Shown here: piece by piece, positions 18,169 to 33,496 of the stretch
Position numbering within the stretch: position 1 is the stretch's first letter
How the letters are laid out: every line of letters starts with the position of its first letter
Source of the DNA: Gammaproteobacteria bacterium
GTDB taxonomy: Bacteria; Pseudomonadota; Gammaproteobacteria; HK1
Length of the DNA: 64,000 nt
Direction: 5' to 3'
Assembly: GCA_965223775.1 (NCBI GenBank)
Contig: OZ245021.1
Coordinates: 5,069,517 to 5,133,516 of the forward strand
The notes under the pieces: model-generated
Database searches by the model: none
Told to the model about the DNA's origin: nothing
Seen by the model: the letters and a program-made list of their open reading frames with translations, nothing else
Program-made: the position numbers and the translations under genes

Positions 18169-18879
18169 TCAGGAGAAGCGCCGCCACAGCAGGGCGCCGC
18201 CGCAAACCGCGGCGGGAATGACGACGAGGGCGGCGAACGGCACGGCCAGCAGCAGCGCCGCCGGGACACCGAATCCGAACGCCGCCGCCCGGTTGGTCCG
18301 GAGCAGCGCGATGGTGTCGCCGAAGTCACGGCCGCGATTCTCCGCCGCGTAGTCGACGAACTGCACGGCCAGCATCCACGCGCCGAACGCGAGCCAGACC
18401 AACGGCGCGGCAACGTTCACGACCGGTATCAGGGTCAGGACGAAGATCCCCGCCAAACGCGGCAGGTGGTAGGCGAGCTTCCGCGCTTCCCGGGAAAGGG
18501 CGCTCACGACGGCCCGTCCCACGTTCTCCTCGCAGTCCGGACCCGTGCCGAATGCTTCGCGCTCGGCGCGGGCGGAGAGCAGGCCGAGGAACGGGCTCGC
18601 CAGCAGCACCGCCAGAAAGCTGAACATCCAGCCGGCGGCGACGATCCCGAAGACGTAGAACAGGGGCGCGAGCACGTATCCGAGCCAATCCAGCCAGCCC
18701 GGCGCCAGCGCTGCGAACCACTCCAGCGCATCGCGCAGCAGGGCGTGTCCGAGAACGAGCAGCAGTGCGATGGCGACGAAGCTGACCGCCACCGGCGCCC
18801 ACACGAAGCGGCGCAGGGGTCTCGCGCGGGCGAGCCCCGCCCCGCGAAGGAAGCAACTCAACCCGACACCGAGTTTCAT
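18169..18879 (-). CDS. cysZ: CysZ-family (EI24/DUF540) membrane protein, putative sulfate transporter
   Basis: Collinear with E. coli CysZ, including PLVWLAFGAWMLAVQFVDY and IPAAVCGGALLW motifs and four or more TM segments. Confidence 0.7.
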   Translation of the reverse strand: MKLGVGLSCFLRGAGLARARPLRRFVWAPVAVSFVAIALLLVLGHALLRDALEWFAALAPGWLDWLGYVLAPLFYVFGIVAAGWMFSFLAVLLASPFLGLLSARAEREAFGTGPDCEENVGRAVVSALSREARKLAYHLPRLAGIFVLTLIPVVNVAAPLVWLAFGAWMLAVQFVDYAAENRGRDFGDTIALLRTNRAAAFGFGVPAALLLAVPFAALVVIPAAVCGGALLWRRFS

Positions 18880-19310
18880 TTCACGAACGGCGTGTCCGCC
18901 TTGCCCGCTCCGGGTCGCTCGCCCTTCACGCGGCGACGACCGAGGCCCACCGCCGCGGGAACGCAAGACGAAGGATCGGGGTGCGGCGGCTCATCCGGCC
19001 GGCCACCGCTCCGGGTCCGGGCGCGGGCGGGGTCCCGACGGATTGCGGCGCGGCAACGACCGGGAACGGAAACGGCGAACCGGTCTGAACGAGAACGTGC
19101 CGGCCGAGAATTCAGGCGCGGGGACTCGAACATGGGCCGTGGCGAGCTCCGCAACGCGAGCCCGGCGCGAACGAAGGCCCGGGGATGAGGCCGAGCCGCG
19201 CCCCATACGGCGCAAGGCCGGCGGAGACGGATGGAGGCTCGGCCGCGAGAGGTCAGCGGAGATACGTGGCGAGGGCAAGGGTCCCTCCGCGGGCTCGGCG
19301 CCTCCCCCTA

Positions 19311-19500
19311 GCCCGCAAATCTCACCAGCTTCCTGCTGCGGACGCCGATCCATGCGCTGTGACAGGCCGTACTCCCTCAAGCCGCTTCGACGTAGTGTCG
19401 GCTACGCCTTCGCCAGCGCGTAAGCGCTCCTTCGGTCCGTGCGGCCTGTCACAGCGCCGTCTCGCCGCCCTCGCGACGAAAGCTGGTGAGATTTCCGGGC
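19311..19500. repeat. Palindromic MITE/REP-like element, copy 2 (shorter variant)
   Basis: TAGCCCGCAAATCTCACCAGC ... GCTGGTGAGATTTCCGGGC termini. The internal sequence is shared with copies 1 and 5. Confidence 0.8.
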
Positions 19501-19533
19501 TAGAGTCGGGCGGCCGGCCGCCCGTCCCCGGCT

Positions 19534-20316
19534 TCACCCGCCGGACGTCGAAGCGGTCTCCGCCCCGCCCGGGGTCGCGGAGTACGACTCGGCCTCCTCG
19601 CGGACGCGCGCGATCAGTCGCTGGCGCTGCAGCACGATCGCCGCCACCGCCGCCGTCCGCTCCGAGCGGGTCTGGCCGAACCGCACCTTCTCCACCGCTT
19701 CGCACACGTCTTCGGGCGTCAACCCTGCGAGCACCCGCGACCTGTCGAGCTTGCGCGGGGGGCTCCCGTCACCGAGGCCGAGGAAGTCCACCCGCAGCTC
19801 GTCGGTGCCCATGCGGCCGTGCAGCCGCCACAGCTCCCGCACCCCCAGGTCGCCATAGCGCTCGATCTTGCCCTCGTCGAAGCTCGTGACCTCGGTCTCG
19901 ACCACCAGATCGGGCGCGGTGCGCTCGACGAATGTCACCACCGCCGCGTCTCCTTCGTGACGGGCGGCGTAGTAGCCCCGCGCGCGCGCGCCGACGTAGA
20001 ACGCGCAGTCGGGCTCCATCCCCGTGCCGGACGGCTCGCCCGGCCCCCGCAGTCGGGTGGACCGAAGCCCCTTCACCGCATCGGCGACGGCGCTTCCCGC
20101 CGCGTCCACGATACTGTCGACGAGCTCAGTCAGGTCTTCGTGCAGGTGCGAGGGCGCCATCAGAGTGATGATCCCCCGCACCGGGTCGAGCCAGACCCGG
20201 CGGAAATGCCGGTTCCAGTCAATCGCCGCAAGCGCGACTACGGTATCGGGATCGGCCCGCAGGACGTGGAGGGTGGAGCCGAGGGGCCCCGTGTGCATCG
20301 TGGCGGGATGGTTCAT
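19534..20316 (-). CDS. Uma2-family putative endonuclease, copy B
   Basis: About 90% amino-acid identity to copy A over roughly 230 aa, with the same RBS and about 100 bp of shared upstream DNA. The 3' ends diverge. Confidence 0.7.
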   Translation of the reverse strand: MNHPATMHTGPLGSTLHVLRADPDTVVALAAIDWNRHFRRVWLDPVRGIITLMAPSHLHEDLTELVDSIVDAAGSAVADAVKGLRSTRLRGPGEPSGTGMEPDCAFYVGARARGYYAARHEGDAAVVTFVERTAPDLVVETEVTSFDEGKIERYGDLGVRELWRLHGRMGTDELRVDFLGLGDGSPPRKLDRSRVLAGLTPEDVCEAVEKVRFGQTRSERTAAVAAIVLQRQRLIARVREEAESYSATPGGAETASTSGG

Positions 20317-20667
20317 GAGATCGAACCTCCAATGTGAACCCACGGGCCGCCCGCCGCGAAACCGCCCGCTCGGATTCTGCGCCCCCCGTCATCCGGATGT
20401 CCATGACCCGCCCGCTCGACGCGCGGGCCGGCCGGCAGCCGCTCGCCGCGCCGTGCCGAGGCCACCCGAATGCGGCGCCAACCTGACCGAGGCGCTTCAC
20501 GCGCTCTACGCTCGCATCGCGCCCGGGGCGGTGCGAAGTTCCGGTTCCATGCGCTTCGCAATTGCTTCATCACCGACGCCGACCCGAGCCCATCGCGAAC
20601 CGGCCCCGTATCGGATGAATGCCTCGGGCCGGGAGGCCAACCTCGGCGAGACGGACGACTCCCCGGT

Positions 20668-21996
20668 TCATGCCGCGTCGTTCCCCACGCGCGTCGCGGC
20701 CGCGCCCAGCCACCGCCCCCGCGTCACCGCGACGGCGAGGCCGAACAGCACGAGCCCGGTACACGCGAACGCCGTCATCTGGAACCGGACGCCCATCCAT
20801 TCGATGAGGGCGCCTCCCGCGAGCAGTCCCAGGGGCAGTCCGTACACCGCAAGCATGCGCGCCCCCATGACCCGCCCCCGGTAGGCCGGCGCGGTGACCA
20901 TCAGCAGGACCGCCGCCATCGAGGTCATCGCGAGGCTCTGCGCGAATCCGACCGCGACCAGCACCGCCATGCCGGAGGTGTGGGAGCCGGTGAAGGCGAG
21001 GACTGCGGTCAGCCCCAGCCACGCGGCCATCCCGACCGCCATCACCGTCGCCGGTGACCGCAGCTTCGCGACCGCCACAACGACCGAACCGAGCAGCGCA
21101 CCGACGGCAAACGCGGCAATGAGCTGCGCCAGGCCGTTCTCGTCCACCCCGTAGACGACCCTTGCGACGACGGGGAGGAAGCCGTTGGTGATCGGATAGG
21201 CGACGAGGTTCGCGAGCAAGGCGAGATAGAGCACGAACCGGATCGTCCCCGACGACCGGATGTACGCGAGTCCCCGGCCGAATTCGGACACGAACCGGGC
21301 CGCGCCCGGCCCGGGCGGCAGATCGATCCGGCCGAGAGGCGGCGGAGAGATCCCGAAACCGATGAGCGTCGCGAAGAAATACAACGCGGCGACTGCCGCA
21401 TAGGCGTGCCCCACCCCGAATGCGGCCATGATCGCGGCTCCGGCCAGGGCCCCGACGATGCGGGGCACGTCCATCGTCAGGCGTGCGAACCCGCTCGCGT
21501 TCATCAGCAGCTTCGCAGGGATGGTGTCCGCGACGAGCGAGGTCCGGAGCATGATGTCGAGCGGCCGCAGGAACCCGCCGAGCGTGGCGATGACGAACGC
21601 ATGCCACGGTTCCAGCCATCCGGAGAGACCAAGCCCCATCGCCGCCGCGGCGATCACCGTGTACGCCGCGCGCATGGAGAGGAGCATGGTGCGCCGGCTC
21701 ACCCGGTCGGCCACCACCCCGAGCCCCGGCGCGAGCAGGGTTCCGCCGAACTGCAGGGCGACGAGCACCGAGAGCAGGAACGGCGAGCCGGTCTGGACGA
21801 GGACATACCAGCCGAGGATCAGGTTCTCCATCTCGAAGCCGGAGGAGGTCGTCACGTCCGACCCACACTGGAAGCGAAAGCTCCGCACGGCGAACGGGGC
21901 GAGCAGTCCGCGGCCCGGGACCCCGCCCCGCCGTCGTGCCGGTCGCGGAGCGGAGGCGGGATCTGCGTCCGGCTTCGGAGTCCGGGGTTTCAGCAC
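20668..21996 (-). CDS. MFS transporter
   Basis: 442 aa with 12 predicted TM segments and MFS-like loop motifs. Confidence 0.75.
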   Translation of the reverse strand: MLKPRTPKPDADPASAPRPARRRGGVPGRGLLAPFAVRSFRFQCGSDVTTSSGFEMENLILGWYVLVQTGSPFLLSVLVALQFGGTLLAPGLGVVADRVSRRTMLLSMRAAYTVIAAAAMGLGLSGWLEPWHAFVIATLGGFLRPLDIMLRTSLVADTIPAKLLMNASGFARLTMDVPRIVGALAGAAIMAAFGVGHAYAAVAALYFFATLIGFGISPPPLGRIDLPPGPGAARFVSEFGRGLAYIRSSGTIRFVLYLALLANLVAYPITNGFLPVVARVVYGVDENGLAQLIAAFAVGALLGSVVVAVAKLRSPATVMAVGMAAWLGLTAVLAFTGSHTSGMAVLVAVGFAQSLAMTSMAAVLLMVTAPAYRGRVMGARMLAVYGLPLGLLAGGALIEWMGVRFQMTAFACTGLVLFGLAVAVTRGRWLGAAATRVGNDAA

Positions 21997-22399
21997 CCGA
22001 CGATACGCCGGTTCACTCGCGTCGCGCGAGTCGGGCTTGCTCGAGGATCTCGCCCATGCGCCTCGAACCGTCCGTAGTCACGGCGCGGAAGCGCCGGGCG
22101 ACGATTCGTGGGCCGGGCACCCTGCACCCGGCCCGGACGCTGCGTTACGCCGCTCTTTCACTGCCATCGGCGGCCGGCACCGACGACCGCATGGCCGACG
22201 GCCAAGCGCAACCGCGCACGCGGAAGGGTTCGTGGCGCCGGGGACCCGCACGCCTCGACGGCCCGGATGTCGCGGCTCGGCGCCAAGCCTGGTGTGGCGG
22301 CAGTGAGGAGGACAGGGGTTCGGCCGTGAATGGACCGGGAGACATCCGGACCGACCGTCTCTCAGTCTGCGTGCCAGTCCCCTCAATGGCCGCAAACGG

Positions 22400-28470
<6,071 letters not shown>

Positions 28471-28786
28471 CCTGACTTGGAGCTTCCTCTGTCCGGGTTC
28501 GAATCCACGGCACGGTTACCGGCACACGGATCGTTTGAATGCGCCGCCGAAAAGCCCTCTCCGCTCGACGCACGAACGGACAAATCTGACACATTTCGCC
28601 GAGGATTCCTATCCTTTCCGAGTCTTGGCCAACAATCAGGCGGATTGTTCTTCGCCCGGTCATTCCGATCCGGGGCGTCAGCCGTGCGGCAACGACCGTT
28701 TCCGCACACCTCCTCCGGACTCGTCTTGCATGCCACGTTCCCGGGAAGTATGCTTTCCTGTATCCGGATTTCATACCGAGAACACC

Positions 28787-29002
28787 ATGCGCATCTCCGA
28801 GCGAGGCCAGATCACCATTCCAAAGGCGCTGAGGGACCGGTTCGGGATGGATCACAACGTGGAGGTAGAGATGTCCGCGACCGCGAAGGGGCTCCTCATC
28901 CACAAGCGAACGGCGGCCGAGCACCCCGTCGATCGCGTCTATGCCCTGCTCGGCCAGGGCGGCGACACGGACGACTACCTCGAGGAGATCCGCGGGAGGT
29001 GA
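28787..29002 (+). CDS. vapB: AbrB/MazE/SpoVT-family antitoxin, VapB-like
   Basis: MRISERGQITIPKALRDRFGM... is a SpoVT/AbrB swapped-hairpin signature. Its stop overlaps the downstream PIN gene start (TGATG). Confidence 0.75.
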   Translation: MRISERGQITIPKALRDRFGMDHNVEVEMSATAKGLLIHKRTAAEHPVDRVYALLGQGGDTDDYLEEIRGR

Positions 29003-29394
29003 TGACGGCGGTCGACACCAGCGTGCTGCTCGACGTCTTCCTCGCTGACGAGCGGCATGGCGAGCAGTCGAAGGAGTGGCTTCGCGCGGCCTATGACGCG
29101 GGCGCCATCATCGTCTGCGACATCGTGTACGCGGAGCTGACCCCCGCGTTCCGCGACCGGGCGGCGCTCGACGGGGCATTGCGGGAAATCAACGCGAAGA
29201 CTTCCCCGATCGATACCGCGATCGCGCACGAAGCCGGGAGGCGCTGGATCCGCTACCGCCAGGCCGGAGGGCCGAGGAAGCGGATCATCTCCGACTTCCT
29301 GATCGGTGCCCACGCGCTTGCCGCGGCAGAGGCTTTCCTGACTCGGGACCGAGGCTTCTACGCTACGTACTTCCCCGAATTGAAGAATCCCTGA
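29002..29394 (+). CDS. vapC: PIN-domain toxin, VapC-like
   Basis: MTAVDTSVLLDVFL...IVCDIVYAEL...ISDFLIGAHA. PIN acidic residues are present, and the gene is translationally coupled to the antitoxin. Confidence 0.75.
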   Translation: MTAVDTSVLLDVFLADERHGEQSKEWLRAAYDAGAIIVCDIVYAELTPAFRDRAALDGALREINAKTSPIDTAIAHEAGRRWIRYRQAGGPRKRIISDFLIGAHALAAAEAFLTRDRGFYATYFPELKNP

Positions 29395-29413
29395 GCACCG
29401 CGGGCCGGGGCGG

Positions 29414-30484
29414 TCAACGCACGAGGAGGACCCCGGCGTTGGCGGCCCAGGAGATGGTCTCGCGCTCCCCGGGGTCGTAGGCGCGGTCGGAGACCGAGCG
29501 GTGCTGCTCCACATGCACGTAGTGGCCGGGGGCGACCTCGAACACGTCGGTCTCGAGCGAGCCGAGGAACTCGGTGGTCACGTAGGTGCCGCCGAGGCGG
29601 TTGGCGAGATCCGGGCGCTCGCCGGTGAACATCAGGTCCGCCCGCACCGAGAACCACGCATCGCGCCCCACGGGCACCGTCTCGCCGTCATCCGGTGCGC
29701 GGACGTAGAACACCTGCCCGAAGCTCTCGACGAACACCATCGAGCCGCTGTGGGAGCGGATGGTCCCCGGCATGAGGTTGTTGTTGCCGATGAACTCGGC
29801 CACGAACTTCGTGCGCGGGTGCTCGTAGATCTCCCGCGAGGTCCCGATCTGCTGGACCACCGCGTCGCTCATGACGATGACCTTGTCGGCCAGGGACATC
29901 GCCTCCTGCTGGGAGTGGGTGACCATGACGAAGGTGATCCCCGTCTCGCGCTGGATCTTCTTGAGCTCGACCATCATCTGCTGGCGCAGGTTGTAGTCGA
30001 GCGATCCCAGCGGTTCGTCGAGCAGGAGCACGGTGGGCTCGCCGATGAGGGCGCGGGCGAGGGCGACGCGCTGCTGCTGGCCGCCGCTCAAGTCGCTCGG
30101 CCGGCGCGAAGCGAGCTCCGCGAGGTCCACCATCTCGAGCATCTGCCAGACCCGGCGGGTCCGCTCCTCCGGGTTCATGCCCTTCATCTTGAGGCTGAAC
30201 TCGACGTTCTGGAACACGGTGCGGTGGGGAAAGAGGGCAAAGCTCTGGAACATCATCGCGGTATCGCGCCGCGACGGCGGCAGGTCGGTGACGTCCTCGC
30301 CCGCGATGTAGATGCGCCCCTCGGTGGCGTCCTCCAGCCCCCCGATCATCCGCAGGGTGGTGGTCTTGCCGCAGCCGCTCGGCCCGAGCATCGACACGAA
30401 CTCGCCGTGCACGAAGTCGGCCGAGAAGTCGATGACCGCCCGGGTATCCTCGCCGAAGGTCTTGGAGACGTTGCGCAGCGCCAC
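29414..30484 (-). CDS. Orphan ABC transporter ATP-binding protein with a C-terminal TOBE/MOP-like domain, PotA/CysA-like
   Basis: GPSGCGKTT, LSGGQQQRVALARA and LLLDEPLGSLD. The GTG at 30484 gives a canonical N-terminus (MALRNVSKTFG); the 30580 ATG would add a 32-aa extension. No permease or SBP gene is adjacent. Confidence 0.75.
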   Translation of the reverse strand: MALRNVSKTFGEDTRAVIDFSADFVHGEFVSMLGPSGCGKTTTLRMIGGLEDATEGRIYIAGEDVTDLPPSRRDTAMMFQSFALFPHRTVFQNVEFSLKMKGMNPEERTRRVWQMLEMVDLAELASRRPSDLSGGQQQRVALARALIGEPTVLLLDEPLGSLDYNLRQQMMVELKKIQRETGITFVMVTHSQQEAMSLADKVIVMSDAVVQQIGTSREIYEHPRTKFVAEFIGNNNLMPGTIRSHSGSMVFVESFGQVFYVRAPDDGETVPVGRDAWFSVRADLMFTGERPDLANRLGGTYVTTEFLGSLETDVFEVAPGHYVHVEQHRSVSDRAYDPGERETISWAANAGVLLVR

Positions 30485-30592
30485 GTCCGGGCACCCCGGC
30501 CCGCTGACGGGGAGGAAGCCGCCGGGGGCCTCTTCCAAGACCGCCGGAGCGGCCTGGGTCACCGGATCGCCCCCCTCCACCGATCGGTTCTT

Positions 30593-33409
30593 CTACTGGT
30601 CGCCCATGGCGTGGGCCGTCGCCTGGACGAGCGACCACACCGTCTCGAACGGCACGTCGTCGAAGTAGCCCTGCTGGTTGAGGCTCGAGAGCACTCCCAC
30701 CGCGGTCCGCGCCGCGGCATCGTCGCCCGCTTCCTCGGCCAGCTTCTCGAGCGCCTCCTTGAGCGGCAGGGAGCGGTCCTCGCCGAGCGCGGCCGCAACC
30801 AGCGCCTCGAGCCGCTCCACCCCCTGGCGGAACGCGAGCGGCTCGTTCGGGCGCCCGAAGAGCCCCCGGATGCCGTTTTGCGCGAGGCGGTCGCGCAACC
30901 CGTCCGGCATCGACTGCGTGACGCCCTCGAGGATCTCCCCGAGCCCGAAGCCCGAGGTGAAGAGCCCCCGGATGGTGTCCATGGTGCCGTCGGCGCCGCC
31001 CCCGTACATCCGGATCTGGGCTTGGGCGAGCGCCCCGCCCATCGCCCGCGCCTGGTCGATGTGGACATCGCGCTCCGCCTCGATGTGCATCTTGGCGAGC
31101 TCGAGGAACGTGGCCGCGTCGTTGTACTTCCGGAGCGCGCCCGCCTTCGTCTCGAGGCCCCGCGCCTCCGCCTCGAACATCCGCTCGGTATTGAGCACCC
31201 GCAGGTTCTCGATCTCCATCTCCGCCCGGCCCCGCGCGCCGGCCTCGCGCTCGATGCCGACCGCCTGGATCTGCTGCGCCTCGCTCGCCGCCCGCGCCCG
31301 CGCGAGGGTCGCGCCGGCCTCCTCCCCCGCCGCCTCGCGCCTCGCCTCGGACTGGGTGATCATGTGCAGGCGAGTGATCCGGGCCTTCGCCTCCTCGCCG
31401 ATCTCGTGCGACCGGGCACCGGCCTCGGCTTCGATCCGATCGATCTCCTTCTGCCGCTCGGCCGCCGCGACGAGGGGCACCGAATCGGCCTGCGACTGGG
31501 CGCGGCGGCGCTCCGCCGTCGCCTTCAGCCGCTCGGACTCGGCCATCTCGAGCGCCTGCGTCTTCGCCGCGACCGCGATCTCACGGTCCCGTTCCTCCTG
31601 TTCGCGCGCGAGGAAGCGCCGGATATCGGCCCGCTCCCGGTCGCCTTCCTTCTCGATCACCGCGATCTCGCGATTGCGCTCCTCGATCTCCACCGCCCGC
31701 ACACGCTGGACACGCGCCCGGTCGAGCTCCTCCTCCTTCGCGACGAGGGCGATCTCACGGTCCCGCTCTTCCTGATCGCGCAGGCGCCGGCGCTGGACGT
31801 CGGCCCGGTCGAGCTCCTCGCCCTTGGCCGCGAGCGCGATCTCACGGTCCCGCTCCTCGCGCTCGCGGGCGAGGGTGCGCCGGATCTCGGCCGCCTCGCG
31901 CCGCTCGGTGTCCTCGAGGATGGCGATCGATTTCGCGATCTGGGCCTGCTCCACCGCCTGCGCGGTGCGGATCTCCTCGCGCTCGACTTCGAGCCGCTGA
32001 TCGAGGATGAACCGCTGCTTGGCGGAGAGGATCCGGGTCTGCTCGTCGGAGACCTCCTGGTCCTGCCGGGCGGCGGCGAACGCTTCCTGCTTGTCGAGGT
32101 CGAGCATCGCGAGCCGGGTCTCGAGGGACCGGGCGCGCATCGCGAGGCTCGCCTCCTCCTGCGACTTGTGCCGGAGGGAGCGTGCCGCCTCCTCCGCCTC
32201 CGTCACCGCGGTAATCCGCTCGATGTCGGCGCGCTGGCGCTGGCGCTCCTTGGTGGCGAGCTCGATGTCCCGGTCCTTCTCGGCGCTCTCCCGGGAAAGC
32301 CCTCGCGCGATGTCCGCGATCTCCTCCTCCCGCGCCTTCTCGATGAGCTCGATCTGGCGGTCCTTCTGGGCCTTCTCCAGGGAAAGGCTGCGCCGGACGT
32401 CGGCAAGCTCCTGCTCGCTCGCCTTCTCGATGAGGGCGATGTCGCGGTCGCGCCGGTTGCGCTCGATGGCGAGGTCCTTCTCGATGTCGGCCGACTCGCG
32501 GCGGCGGCCTTCCTCGATGACCGCGATGTCGCGCTCGGTCCGCATCCGCTCGAGGTCCTTCTCGTTGTCGATCTCCTTCGTCTCGACCGCCATGCGCTGG
32601 TCGAGCACGTAGACCTGCTTCTGGCCCACCTGGAGGGCCTGCTCGTTCGCGATCTCCCGGTCCTGCTGGGCGCGGGCGAACGCCTCCTGGCGCTCGATCT
32701 CGAAGAGCTCGAGCTGCGCGTCGAGGTCCCGCTGGCGGATCGCGACCGTGGTCCGCTTCTCGGTGTTGTGCACGGTCCGGCGCGCGTTCGAGGTGATCTC
32801 GGTGATGATCTTGAGCCCCTCGGCGTCGAACACGTTGTCGGTCTTGAAGAACTCGCGCCCCGACTGCTCGAGGGCGACGATCGTGACTTCCTCCAGGACG
32901 AGGCCGTTCGCGCTGAAGCTCTCGGTCACGTCGGCCCGGATCTCGCGCGCGAACGAGTCGCGGTTCTCGTGCAGCTCGTCCAGGGTCTTGGTCGCGGCGT
33001 AGCTCCGGAGCGCGCTCACCACCTTCGCCTCGAGGAGGTTGCGGACCCGGTCCGCGTCGAAGGTCCGCTCGCCGAGGCTTCGGGCGGCGGTGAGGAGGTC
33101 CTCGGTCGTGTGTCCCACGTGGGCGTAGAGCTCCGCGACCACGTCCACCCGGATCTTGTCCGAGGTGAGGACCGCCTGCTCGCGCGCCCGGCTCACCACC
33201 AGCTTGATCGTTTCGAGCGAGACCCAGGTGACCTCGTGAAACACCGGGAGCACGACGGCGCCCTTGCCCAGGGACACCTTGGTGCCGAGGAATCCGGTGC
33301 GGATGAACCCCACGTTGGCCGGCGCCCGCTTGTAGACCCAGATCGAGATCACGTAGAGGATCGCGATGATGACGATCGCCAGCACGATGAGGGTGATGAT
33401 GGTTTCCAT
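30593..33409 (-). CDS. Flotillin-like SPFH/band-7 protein (YqiK/FloA family) with an expanded coiled-coil
   Basis: N-terminal TM helix plus an SPFH domain, then roughly 500 aa of coiled-coil built from repeated units (ERDREIAL.AK.EELDRA.VQR). Confidence 0.8.
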   Translation of the reverse strand: METIITLIVLAIVIIAILYVISIWVYKRAPANVGFIRTGFLGTKVSLGKGAVVLPVFHEVTWVSLETIKLVVSRAREQAVLTSDKIRVDVVAELYAHVGHTTEDLLTAARSLGERTFDADRVRNLLEAKVVSALRSYAATKTLDELHENRDSFAREIRADVTESFSANGLVLEEVTIVALEQSGREFFKTDNVFDAEGLKIITEITSNARRTVHNTEKRTTVAIRQRDLDAQLELFEIERQEAFARAQQDREIANEQALQVGQKQVYVLDQRMAVETKEIDNEKDLERMRTERDIAVIEEGRRRESADIEKDLAIERNRRDRDIALIEKASEQELADVRRSLSLEKAQKDRQIELIEKAREEEIADIARGLSRESAEKDRDIELATKERQRQRADIERITAVTEAEEAARSLRHKSQEEASLAMRARSLETRLAMLDLDKQEAFAAARQDQEVSDEQTRILSAKQRFILDQRLEVEREEIRTAQAVEQAQIAKSIAILEDTERREAAEIRRTLAREREERDREIALAAKGEELDRADVQRRRLRDQEERDREIALVAKEEELDRARVQRVRAVEIEERNREIAVIEKEGDRERADIRRFLAREQEERDREIAVAAKTQALEMAESERLKATAERRRAQSQADSVPLVAAAERQKEIDRIEAEAGARSHEIGEEAKARITRLHMITQSEARREAAGEEAGATLARARAASEAQQIQAVGIEREAGARGRAEMEIENLRVLNTERMFEAEARGLETKAGALRKYNDAATFLELAKMHIEAERDVHIDQARAMGGALAQAQIRMYGGGADGTMDTIRGLFTSGFGLGEILEGVTQSMPDGLRDRLAQNGIRGLFGRPNEPLAFRQGVERLEALVAAALGEDRSLPLKEALEKLAEEAGDDAAARTAVGVLSSLNQQGYFDDVPFETVWSLVQATAHAMGDQ

Positions 33410-33496
33410 GGATTGATCCGTGTTCGTGACCTGGCTCTTGTTCGTCGCGGGCGCGCTATCGCGTGCGGGCCGATGCGATGCCCGGGAGGACCCGCA

